Source: Botryllus schlosseri (lineage: Eukaryota). Taken from it: a DNA stretch of 64,000 bases. The DNA is taken from the NCBI GenBank assembly GCA_051294905.1, contig CM119372.1:6758001-6822000 (forward strand), in the 5' to 3' direction. Made by a program: the position numbers and the translations under genes. The notes beneath the pieces were generated by a model that saw only the letters and a list, made by a program, of their open reading frames with translations, made no database searches and was not told where the DNA came from. This document shows positions 26,201 through 38,200 of this stretch, one piece after another. Within the stretch, counting starts at the first letter, position 1, and each line of letters begins with the position of its first letter.

Positions 26201-27335
26201 AAATGAATTACAAGAAGATGAACATGCAAAAGCCAGCTCAGTTCCAGCTCCCACTCAAACCCATGACAGTTACAGAGCATGGTACGGCAAGATTCACCTG
26301 CGCAGTTGGCGGCGTTCCGGAGCCGGAAATAACCTGGTACAAAGGTACGCTTTACCATCCACCACCATAGAAAATGCATGATGCTTGCAGCAAAAAGTGG
26401 TTATATGCGACCTGCATGAGAACTTCAAGATGAAATTTTGCGACAGGAGGATTACTTCCAATTGTTGGCATCAAAGCATTTGAAGATTTGTCGTGTTTCT
26501 TTTTTTGCACCTCACGTTCTTGAAGTTCGATAATGCCATCCTAGTAGGCTGGGACTGTACGAACAATGTACGATGTACATATCTGCTGCTGCAGTATCAT
26601 AAGCAAATGGTGGACGTATCCGTGTTGCACATTGCGTTTGTTCATGCAAGGAGTTTTGAGATTAATTTCGCAACTTCTGCAACTGCTCAGTAAATAGGCT
26701 ACTGACTTGGGCTTCCGTCTGAACTTCTGCAACTTCGCCATTGCTCCAAACAAGTTTCGGCTGGACGGTGCATGGGCATTCCAAATATATACGCTGATGT
26801 AGGCCTACTACTATTTAGTAGGCCGTATCTTAATGTTTCAGAGGATGTTCTGCTCATGTTTTGTCGGAACCCAGTTGAGACCCATCGATTCAGTATCACG
26901 ATGAAAATCAGATTTTCTCTAGGGCCTTTCAGTCCCAGTACCAACTTGCGGCTCACACCCGGTCCGTTTAGCTTTCGGCATCTCGAATAGAAAAATTCCT
27001 TTGTCTTTTAAAAATATGATGGATGCTGGGCTGAGGCTACCCCGAATGTGTGTGTGTGTGGGGGGGGTAGGGGGTCAATATATGTCGGTTGCGAAAGTAG
27101 TATTCGTAGATACTCTTATCCATACAGCTTATTGTCATTCATAACGGCTGTTATTTTTTCAGATGGATTGAGAATCAAGCCGAATAACAAATACTCCGTG
27201 AAAAATAGTTATGGAGTCTGTACACTCATCGTCCACGGCTGTCGGCCGCGGGATGCCGGGATCTACCAGTGTAGCGCGCAAAATCCTACCGGAAAAGCAT
27301 CTTGCGAAGCGAATCTTTCAGTAAAGAGCGTATAA
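14289..27335 (+). CDS. MyBP-C / IGFN1 / IGSF22-family sarcomeric Ig-Fn3 protein, 25 exons, ~1321 aa (6 Ig + 7 Fn3)
   Basis: Exons 14289-14375, 16645-16807, 17350-17588, 18405-18549, 19005-19162, 19226-19456, 19522-19732, 20446-20609, 21039-21168, 21233-21381, 21452-21602, 22082-22234, 22296-22445, 22530-22684, 23094-23244, 23305-23409, 23476-23679, 24407-24594, 24673-24784, 24838-24929, 25373-25565, 25667-25788, 25920-26097, 26183-26344, 27163-27335 sum to 3966 nt in frame. Motifs include WKAPKSDGGRPLTGYVIEK, YTFRVKAIN and EPPTI..KAG..ITLKLPYLGKPKP. The C-terminal Ig-Fn3-linker-Ig ending GVCTL...DAGIYQCSAQN resembles MyBP-C C8-C10. There is no kinase domain, so this is not titin or twitchin. 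Confidence 0.88.
14460..15146. mobile_element. Charlie-like hAT MITE in intron 1 of the Ig/Fn3 gene
   Basis: TIRs CAGTGGCTCTCAACC / GGTTAAGAACCACTG; flanks GTCTAGAA / GTAGAGAA (6/8). Confidence 0.75.
16029..16375. mobile_element. Degenerate Charlie-like MITE (related copy ~62511-62881)
   Basis: The left end CAGGGGTTCTTAAACTTTTTTGATCGCGGACCC is shared with 62511. The right TIR is degraded and no TSD was found. Confidence 0.45.
17842..17950 (+). mobile_element. Truncated left end of a hAT-like MITE
   Basis: TAGAGGTCGACCGATATT followed by repeated (GG)CCGATA subterminal motifs. No matching right TIR was seen. Confidence 0.4.
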
Positions 27336-27383
27336 GCTCAGTGGTGTCGCAGAATAACCAACTATAGTGTATCCACGTATGGA

Positions 27384-27389
27384 AATAAA
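27384..27389 (+). terminator. Candidate polyadenylation signal of the Ig/Fn3 gene
   Basis: AATAAA 48 nt after the stop codon at 27333-27335. Confidence 0.5.
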
Positions 27390-27597
27390 GCATTTGCACA
27401 TGTATATATAATGAATATATACAGAAATATATCTATGAATATTGAATATCAATGGCGCACCATTCAAGAGACATAGCTACCGAAAGATCCTATGAACGCA
27501 TCAGATTGACATTTTTAACAAAGGCCTATATATTGGTAGAGTGAAATAGAGATCTAGTTTTCCACAAAATACCCACTATACGTATATAGGCTTACAT

Positions 27598-27957
27598 AGG
27601 GTACGTTACCATACGTCCTCTTTTAAGAGAACTTGTCCTCTTTTTTGATTATATTGAAAGTGTCTTTGCAGGACGCCGAAATGCCCTGTTTTTAGAGAAT
27701 TATGGTTAAGATATAGAAAATCAGGGGCCAAGTAACTGTCCGACGGGGTTTTCGGGACTCGAGCCCGAAAAATTACCTTGTCAACCAACGGTAAATTTCA
27801 TAGAAAGCCGGTAATTCGGGATTTGAGCCGGAAAATGATTCTTTTAGTTAACCGACCACGAAGTCAGGAAAAATTTTCAGGATTTCACTCCAGTATTCTA
27901 AGTCCGAAAATTTTTAAGTGTCCTCTTATCAGATTCCCAAAATATGGTAACCTCAGC
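27598..27957. mobile_element. MITE family with AGGGTTACCATA / TATGGTAACC(CT) ends and GTCCTC repeats, copy 1
   Basis: Aligns by eye with 55430-55761 and, inverted, with ~57291-57600. Confidence 0.65.
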
Positions 27958-28247
27958 TTACATGTCTTACGACGCTAGACTGCACCTAATACCTAAATTT
28001 CCAGTTGCAATATCACAGACAGACAGACATTTATTGCTTCGCAAAACATAAAAATTCCACTGGAGGTGACGATATGGCCTATAAGATGTCTAATGCCGTC
28101 AGTAACTCAAAGAGAACAAATAGCGATCATTATATTTGTAAATTTATTTCACGCCGATGATCGGAATTTATAATAACAAGCTTCAATGTAAGCTCAATCC
28201 ACTGAAATAGCACCGCGATACCACAATCAGTTGACTAGCATTAGCAC

Positions 28248-28642
28248 TAGGGCTGGGCAAAATCGAGTAGGCCTACATGAGTGATTCGATTCGGAATCAC
28301 ATATTATGCTTCTTGTCGATTAGCACTCATTATGACGTCACAACAAAATATAATGTGTCAAAGTTCAAATATGTACCTTTTGTGGATGTCATTACATTTA
28401 TGACAATGTTGTGGGAGGTTCATGACTTCGGAAATGTTTTTCCAGCAACGGTCGTAGCATTGTTCTATGTTTCATATGCTGCGATACGGACAATCAAGAT
28501 TTCAAGGCTTTATCAGTGAAAAATAGTATCGAAACCATATTTCTATTTGATAAAATAACTTTCAGTATCGAGGAGCGTATAATTTCAGTGCTCGAAAAAA
28601 TCGTATTTTGCTACTCGACTCGAATCATTGTGCCCAGCCCTA
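28248..28642. mobile_element. hAT MITE family C (TAGGGCTGGGCA TIR), copy 1
   Basis: TAGGGCTGGGCA...TGCCCAGCCCTA; flanks ATTAGCAC / ATTACCAC (7/8, overlapping the last base). Homologous to 44747-45215 and 53292-53819. Confidence 0.85.
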
Positions 28643-29263
28643 TTACCACCACGAGTCTTTGCGCACATCGCGCATAATATATTCACTCAGCAATCTCTGT
28701 GAGAGCGAATTGAACCCACGGCTAAGGAAAATGATTAGATCCATTATAGCCTACGTAACTGCAATTACCACGCTTCGGTTCCATGTTTTGACTAGACGCG
28801 AGGTAGCTCGTCGTTGAGCCTAACGTAACGCTACTGCTTTGGAGCCGAAAATCCAACGTGGAACAGGTGAATAATCACGTCTGGCTGGCGCAAAAACGCG
28901 AAGGGATTGTTTCTTAGTCAGAGACGCTATAGAGTATAGACTTACACCGCAGGTTATCGAAATATTCGAACCCATGTCGAACAAGATTAAATGCTTACAC
29001 ATGCCGCCGCCACCTGTATTTCAACAGACAGTGAACCACACTAATTCCTAGATACAATTGGACAGGATAGGATATAAATCGTTACTCATTTCTACTGTTC
29101 TGTTTTCATTACGCATACAGGTTACATCGAGAGAAACCGCGACTAAATTGATGGCAGAATTCACGAAATCGCATTCCCATGGCAAAAGCCGTCCACCGCG
29201 CCCAGGTTGCGGCAAGAAAATCCACGAGGCATCACAGATTCCGCCGTTACTTCCCTTCAAACC

Positions 29264-32200
29264 TCACACACCTGGTATTTGACTGACGCCTATACCTATG
29301 ATGATGACCAACAACACCGTGCAGCATATAATCACGCAGATCTTTTTCTGTAAAGGAGATGGAAAGGTTCTATAACGGTACAATGCGTCAGCACCTGACC
29401 AAGTGACCAACCACCAAATGTCCATATCGCAGGCAAACAACAAACACGACGACGCATGCGACAAGGAACTTACGCAACAGAATACAACCGCGTCCTAATT
29501 TACACCTTTCTGGGAACATAGGCGTCGTAATCACGTCAACTCTATGAGTGACTAGCGATCGCAAAAGCAGTTCTTGCGAATGCAGCTTGGAAGCCCGGTT
29601 GAAATCTAACCTTAACTCGCAGATATAGTTTAGACAGAAAATAGCAGGAAACGGTGTAATCAAAATGATTAGATTTTCACTCTTACGGAATCGAAACGAC
29701 CGCTTTCGATAGAATAGGAAACATATGATAATGGTGACATCCCTTGAAGAAATATACATACTTGAAACATACACAATACGATTCCAACTACGTACTAAAT
29801 GAATACAAGCAATATCACCGCGAAACTGGTATTGAAAGAATGAAATTGCACCGCACCGGTCCTACAAAGGAACGTGTAGATAATGGTAAGTCGCATACGG
29901 CAAAGAAGATGCAAGCAGTAGAGAAGGCCGGTATTTGCCTAAAAACTTGACGAGCCAAGAACATCATATCACATATAGCCTATCTATATAATAATACTTT
30001 TGGCATTGCAAACATAACAACCCGAAGATACCGGAAAACGAATATATAGTATATATAGAACCTCAGTAGATATACATCTCGCGTGTTAGAGCAATATACC
30101 TTTGATTAGGACAGTGATTAGTGCCACATCAAACCAGGCCGTCTACAAAATTTCCAGAATCAATAGAGACTGAATTAAGACAGCTTATGTTGAGGGTTGG
30201 CCCGAGTCCCGGGGCATTGGATAAGGACAATAAATATACATTAAACACCCGTCCAATCCAACATTTTCGAAAAGGAATGAACAAATAAGGAAAAAAAGGG
30301 AATTAATTTCACTATACTGTATTTGTATGGGTAAAAAATTAATGCTTCTTAAAACAAATCAAATGTTATTGAGACAGACAGCAGCAACTCGGCTCCATAA
30401 CGACCATCGTCATTTTGCAATTGCCACGAATCGTCGCGACGTTCGCATGAAACTTGCTGAAAAAATAAACTCTTACCGTTTAAGCTCTCACACGTGAAAT
30501 AGATGTGCGACTTACCACTGCCTGATCATGTCAACGTGGTGGCCAAAACAATAACAAGCACAGCAACCAAAATGACAACACACACAATGATAATAATTTG
30601 TTTCTGAAAAAGAAAAGATGAAAGTTAGTCGACGAAGTTTACGAACACCCGTAGGCGCATAACATCATTGCACATGACATACAACGGCCACGATTGAAGT
30701 GCAATGCAAGAGAAATGGCTTACAAGAGGCAATGTGGTAAAGTGCAGTTGTTGAAATAATCCGGAAAACCAGCTCGAACCAGCATAGTATTGCAAGTACG
30801 CAACTGGGAGTAAGTAATCTTCATTCAGATGTTTTCTGTAAGCCAACGGTTTTCAACCTTGGGGCCGGTTTTTTTTTTAGTAATCAGATATCCAAATAGG
30901 GCGGAGGTATGGGCGAAGGCTTTTTAGGTAATCAGGTCACCAAATTTAGAGATGGTCTGCGGATACGGAAATTGGGTCGCGACCAAAAAAGATTGGGAAC
31001 AACTTCTGTACACAATGGCGCTCAAAAAGACAGATGTCATTATAGGCGTGACTTTAACTACACATCAACGAGTTACGACTACCTTCAGATGATTACTAAC
31101 ACATATACCACCCCTACCGCTTGAGATATGGCGATCAAGGAGGTGATACAGACATGGGTGACATCAATTCGTTAGACCATCAGGCCGTGACACTCAAATC
31201 TGTTAGTGTGGAGAGGAAAGAAACTAACACTTTTTTAAAAGTGTTTTTCTAGTTTCCAGTGGCTTTTGTTGTGAAGTTCTTGCACTTCCGACATCTACAG
31301 TTGAAGAAAACCTGTTTCGGATTTTGTCAAGTAGCATTACTTTATGAGCAAAATCGTAATAAGGATTGACAAATATCACCTATGAATCATGATTCACGAT
31401 CACATACTATAGCTGGGCCTATTTGGCGATTAGTGCCGTAGGTGCACCATTTAAAATAGAGCAGAGCGGCCTCAATAAGTACCTACACCTTAGCGAGTGC
31501 ATTTTAAACATTCCAGTCATAGTAATAGATGGCAAGTCTCGCTATGAAACGATTACACGAATGTTCCGTTCAACCAGCATCTACGAACTAACTATTTCCG
31601 AACGGACCCGCGATCCAATTAGACTTCGAGAATCGCCATTGCAATTACCATTCACAAACATTGACGGGCTATTATTCACCAGTGCTTGCGATCAGGTCAC
31701 TAACTTCGAGTCAAGCCAAGTAATTTTGAAACTTTTCTGATCAAGTCAGACAGATTTCGAAAGTGACTCGAGTGCAGTGAAGCCATCTTAAATTGACCTA
31801 TTTCAAGTCAATTTCAAATGATGGCTCGGGTCATCCTAACAAGATAGACCGATCTAGTGTAACATTCATTTACGCGTCAAAATCAAATGTAGTCAGCGAT
31901 GGGTGTTAGAGCTTTTCCCGCAATTTCAACAACAACCACATCAAAAGGTCATTACTAATTTCATTATTTGACAAAGACCAAAAATCATACGCAATGAAGA
32001 AATTTAATAGCATACACCATGTCAACATTACACTTAGCTAGAAAGAATCAACGGACTGGTCCTGTCGTGTTAGTGTCATATTCCAAATGCAGAAAGGCTC
32101 ACTCACATGCATTCCAACAAAACATCTCGACGATGATGAAAAATATTTTCATCTTCGCATTGTAAGTACAGCTAAGTAACCCACACAGGATATCTCGGAC

Positions 32201-35200
32201 GGATTCAGCAAACGAGAAATCAAAAAAGACAGAAAGACAGATGACTTTCAGCCATAGGAAAAGATCATGACTTAAGTTTCGTGCAAGATTTGAAATGCAC
32301 AACGGATGCCTTTGCACTCCATTCAAGCATGTCACTTACCTTTTTTAACATTTCCCCCCTTGGCAACCAACACCGACACCAACGCCGATGGCTATTGCCA
32401 AAATTATAATAATAATAACGGCACAGATGATTTGTTTCTGCGGAAAAAACGTTGTGTAAGCACAGATGCCAGATTGCTTCAGCTCACAAAATTCGTAGCT
32501 TGCTTGGCAAACGACTCAATACACCGGCAGTACCCTGATTGATTCCGTCAGTTAAACTACGCATACCCTGCAAGAGCATCATAAAAAGTTTTGCACAAAC
32601 CGATATCACCTTGATCCTTCGCTTTGCTGAACCTACGCAGCTGCGCGTTCCGAACTGACGACAAAATACCTGCGCCAAACCTGACTGAACGACGCTTAAA
32701 TCCAACACACGCACATCGACTCATGCAGGTCGTGACATTGGGTGCCGCACGCTACCAAATCCTAGACACTTATCGACAGGTAACCGGACCTGACTTTGCA
32801 CACGAAGACACTCTGGCGTTCACTGTTTACCCCGCTCACAACAACATACTTTACGAACATCTACCGACGTACACATGCACATCACATCGATCATCTCACC
32901 CGTCTTGCTCTGCTCTGATACTTGACAGCCTTTTTAGTATCCGAAACAGCCCTCTCTACATAGTCAACTGAATGATCCACATTATACTCGATTCTATCGA
33001 TCATTTCGCCCTGTTGGGTTCCGAGTCGTTGCCAAGCAAAGGGGTGTAAAATAATTATAAGTGGTACGTGGGTAGCACGTCAAGCGCCCCCCGCATCCAC
33101 TCTCACCAAAGCACGAACTGGCGCCAAGAAATCGCCAGCCCTTCGATGGGGTTTGCGTAAGGAGCGTAGATTTTGTGTTGACCCAGTCGGAAATGAGCGC
33201 TCAAAATTGTTCATTTTTGGGTGTTACATGCCGCGGGCAGTACCTTTCTCGCCTTGCTTTGATATTTGACGGCCTGATTAGTATTTTCTTTAGCGTCTTC
33301 GACATAATCTGCAGCAATCGAGACATTATGCTCAATGCGATTGATCATTTCCCCCTGCAAAAGAGAAGGCAAGTTTTACGGACTTGATGTGTGATCGTTC
33401 CTGTTACGAACGTGTAAGTGGGATGCACACCAACACAAATTGGACAGCCGTTCATCAGTTCACATAATGATGAATAGTTACCAAAGACGTAAGCCTACTC
33501 AAAAATCAAATAGAAAATAATCCAGACCGATGGGTGCATAAAACATGATGTTCTGACTTTGACAAATGTTCAAGCGGATTGAAAGGGAGTAGGTCCGTCA
33601 AGTGTGCATGGCATTGCAGGTAAACTTTACAGTAAGGAAGCTGTCTCAGGCCTGAAAAAAATGAGTCTTCGAAACAGTGGGACATGGCAGTGCCATTTTC
33701 AAAATTCCGGGATTTCATCAGTCAAAAATTGGTTCATAGGCCTGAAGGGATGCAGTCTTTTGACAATGTGAAATGAATTGGAATCTTTCAAAACCCAGCC
33801 TTCACAGAAAAGTATTCTATGCTTCGCTAATTTGAATTTCACAAACAATTTGATTTGATGTTTGCAGGGACTTGGACACGTTTGTCGGGAGGTAGCTGTA
33901 CTGCAGCGACAAGAGAAAATGTAATTGTGGTGAATTTGATCTAGTGCAGGGATTCTTCAACTTTTTTGCTCCGTGACCCCGTTTTAGAAGTCAAATTTCT
34001 ACACGACCCCTGCCTACATGCATGTGAATGATAGATTGCCAATTGTCCTATTAATAGGAAACGATTTATAAAATAACAGAGGTCGTCAAACAAGATGGGG
34101 GCATTTGATGAATCATTCGATTCAATCAGAAGTCATGGACTTCAGTGACGTAAATATGGCTTGCCCAAAAAATGACACAAACTTAACCCGGCTATCTAAT
34201 AGGCAAACTGTCATTGCAATGTTGGAAGTAGCTTGCCAGATCTGACACCGACATTTCAATCCTGCCAGTATACTATTCATCCAAGCACTGGATTGGCGAC
34301 GGATAATGCTTCACAACGAATATTTATTTCATCAGTTCATTCGAGGCCGTGACCCACAGTTTGAGAAGCCCTGATCAAGTGCATGAAGTATGTCAAAATT
34401 ATATTAGTAGCTTGTTTTTCAATCACATTACAACAGACAACCTGCTTATATTATGGCAGTATTAGTATGTAAATGCGATATTGGTGACACAACAATGAAT
34501 CTTATATATGCTACTGTATCAATAGAATTACAATGCAAGGATGATCTCGTGAGAATGATGCAGAGTGATTCATTTACACCAACATTTAAACATACCTACA
34601 CAAGTATAAAACAACAAATGACCGACATGTATGTTGCAACTAAACGTCGTTTCGCCATGCCTTCATTAGTGCACACATTTACTGGAATTCCAATTGCCAG
34701 AATGGTTACGAGAAAAATTTCGGATACAAATGTCGTGCGGTTGTCCACTTTTTATGTTTAAGAATGCTACAACAGGAAACAGTGTCTCAATGTGCTGTAT
34801 TCACAATCACACCGCCTTAGAAAATCCGATTGATTCTACAAACATGCACACTGTGTCGACTAAGGACGACACGTACACTGCACAAGTACATTTATTATTC
34901 ACCTGGGTCAACATCCGCATTGATAAATAGCAGCAGTCAACTCGAGCAGCGATAATAACAAAATAAAAGACGTAGATAAATTAGAGTTGGACGATTACTG
35001 GATTCAAATTTGCCTTTCGAAAGGTTCATCCGATTATAGTCAGGGCAAAATTAGTTATTGATTCGTCATGAAATAACGGTTGTTACGAGTATGCCGCGCT
35101 CCCAGTGCAAACAAACGATAGAAATTGATAAGTTTTGACTTCACCCCAATACTGAGCTAGTATACATGTTTCACTCGCGTATTCGAGCAGTGGCTCTCAA

Positions 35201-38200
35201 CCTTTTTACAGATGCTGCCCGAATTTCGAATTCGAAAATGTGCCGTGAATCACTGTTAAACCAAGAAAATCAGCAGGCCTAGATGGGAAGTTGATTACTA
35301 GGGCGATTTTTTACCTTAGAAAGAGAAGATTTTGAACTAAAAAATCACCTCGTGTATGTAAATTAGGTGTTTTCCCACATAATGTTAGAATTGTAGGCTA
35401 CTACTTATCTTCATTTCTGGTTGGAACTGTCTGTCCTTACGAAGTAGTTTGGCTTGAACAAACTTATTTGACTCAAAAACTGACAAATTTTCACATGAAA
35501 AAACTTAATTTTAACAAAATCTGGACCTATGAAGCATTCGAGTAGTTACATCAAGCATTATGGTAGAAATAATCAAAATTTGATAGAACAGAGTAGAGAG
35601 TGTCTGTCCTTACTAAGTAGCTTGCCAAGAAAGGAGAAAGAACGTTCAACAGCAGCAGTTGTTGGCTGGCAACAATTTTTCATCACGCGCTTCTTGATAT
35701 AAGAACCAATGCCCACGCAGTCTTGCTTCAGTTAGGATATTGCGGTATGTTCAGCATAACACTATCTCAACCTATTTGTTTCATTTGGCCGTTTATGATT
35801 CACAATGAGTCTACAACGGTAGGCCTATAAAGTAGGCTAAAAGCTGTAAGATGTCAAATGATAAGTCCACCAACAGTTCAAACATTTACGATGCGAGCAT
35901 AATGCAGGTGGCAAAAGAATTTTTACTTTGTGAACAATTTTGACAAAATTTTGACTTATTTTGACTTGTCAAAAAAATCGCCCTATCGGTTACTAAAAAA
36001 GGTCAGCGCCTTCGCTACTCCTACAAAAGGCAAATGACCCGCAGGTTGAAACCACTGCATTCAAGTAGCACGTCTAGCGGCATTTAGTCCCCGGGTGAAA
36101 TACAGAGAGGCATAAGGCAAGGTTACTACTAGGGATGGTGTGAACGTGAGGTTCACGTTCGCGTTCTGTGTGTGAACCTCGGAAATTTAGAGGTTCGCGT
36201 TCACAACAGAACCTTGGTAGGTTCTGCACTGTGAACCTTTTTCATATATTACAATTTTCACTTCATTACAACATCGTTGGTTCAAATTCATTGCATTTCA
36301 ACTGCAGGCCACTCTATGCATGGCGCTATAGGCATAAAAAATCAACACTAAACGAGCATGTACCTTGACAATCTCAAAAGTTTTACTTGCTTTGTTGCAA
36401 AAGTTTGCCCGAAATATCCAACTTTCCGTTTGTAAATATTTATGGACTCTCTGAGCTTGACCCACAATCACAAAACATCACGATCGAAACAAGCTACGTC
36501 GGCCTAGTCAGCGAATGATGCTTATTCAACTAATCAATCTAGCAGTCGTATGGGGTCAATCTTGACTTCATATGCTTACTGGATCATTAAAACAAAATCG
36601 GTGCGATTGAGGTGTTGGCTACTGCTGTATAACTTGTTAATGGGGTAATATCGGTAGCAAGTGACAAAAATTAACTACGTCCCTTCCTTCCGTTATATTC
36701 CCTGGTAAGACCTCGTCAAAATTGTTGGCAAAGCGACTGAAGATATTGATTTTATGAGATTATTATATCATTTGATAGCTCCAGTTGATACATTTGGCGA
36801 CGTTTAAAACGTCAATATGTATTTCAGCATTGTGACGTAATGCTGCCCGAATAGTCGCTAGGTATCGTGTACATTAATATAGGCTATCATTTCATTGAAG
36901 GGTAGGTTGGAATTAGCAATATGACGTCCCGTGACGTCATGAGGTTCACGTTCGTGTTCACACAGAACCTTTCAAAAAGGTTCGCGTTCACACGAACCTG
37001 AACCTTTTAGAGGTTCACACCATCCCTAGTTACTACCCTGTGAGGAACTTAAAACAGCTTTGGCGAGGATGGCTAGATAATCATTATCCGCAATGGGTCT
37101 GAAATCACACACATGGGCTTGCTTAAAATTCGAGATTTAGTTTCGAAACAAATCACATAACAAGACAGCACTGTATTGGGACGACTATGGGTAGCATACT
37201 GCGTGATTTGTGAATACAGTCAATACAGATGCAAATATTGCTTATATAAAGGATTAGCCAATAAGACTAAACAATTCAAGATTTATATTTAATATCATCG
37301 TGGAACTTTGCCTGGATAAGGCTGGGACAGGATGCATCTGTGTTGGGGAGACATACCTGCGATTTCTATCATATTTTGTAATCTAGATAAATACGTACCT
37401 GTTGTTCAACCAACATTGCCATATCCATGAACATGTCGTGGAGCTCTCGAATGCTATTTTCTAATTTGATGATGTCATTATGGCGTGCTTCTATATCGTT
37501 TAGTGCTTGTTTCGTTTGCTTAGTGTCCATTATGATCTGATGAAATAAACACAGGGGTATAAAAATTGATGGCCATAAATGCAGCATGTAAAATCAGACA
37601 ATTGAAGAGGCATATGGCACACATATGCAGAGTACATTTATGGGTATACAACATCCTCTTGAAGACTGCAAAAAACTAGGATACTAATGTAACAGAGCTT
37701 ATCCGTGAGTCAACACTTTACAGTGATAACGTGCAACAGAACGCAGATCTACTGTAGCCAACACATCTGGTGCCAAGAAAATAAATATGAATTTAATAGC
37801 AGTAATAGTATCTAGTATGTATGTGCCTACCTACTATTATGATTTGGGGATTTGTAGTGCTTGCACAAGCACACACACAGCGTAAAATCACTATGAGACC
37901 TAAGTGGATATTCCAAAAACAAACCTTGGCAACTGGGAATGTCGTTATTTGTAAGGCTGTGGTAAAATCACTAGGTATGGAAAGTCAAACTAACTGACAG
38001 GAACAACAGCATAATTATCATATCGAAATTCACAAATTATTATTATGTAGTGAACGGAACAGAAACATGAGAAGTCGAAAAATCAATTTGTATGCAAGTC
38101 ATTGCATATGAGTCCTGAAAACGGCTTTATGTGCGCTGTGGTTTCTAGCAACCAACGTAAATCCACAGCAACGTTTAGATATCCGACATTACCATCGGAA

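Noticed and set aside
32107-32171. [18 protein letters not shown] as another syntaxin TM exon
   Set aside because: The hydrophobic run is too short and interrupted by Glu, and the AG acceptor does not give that frame. At most it is a 3' UTR exon.
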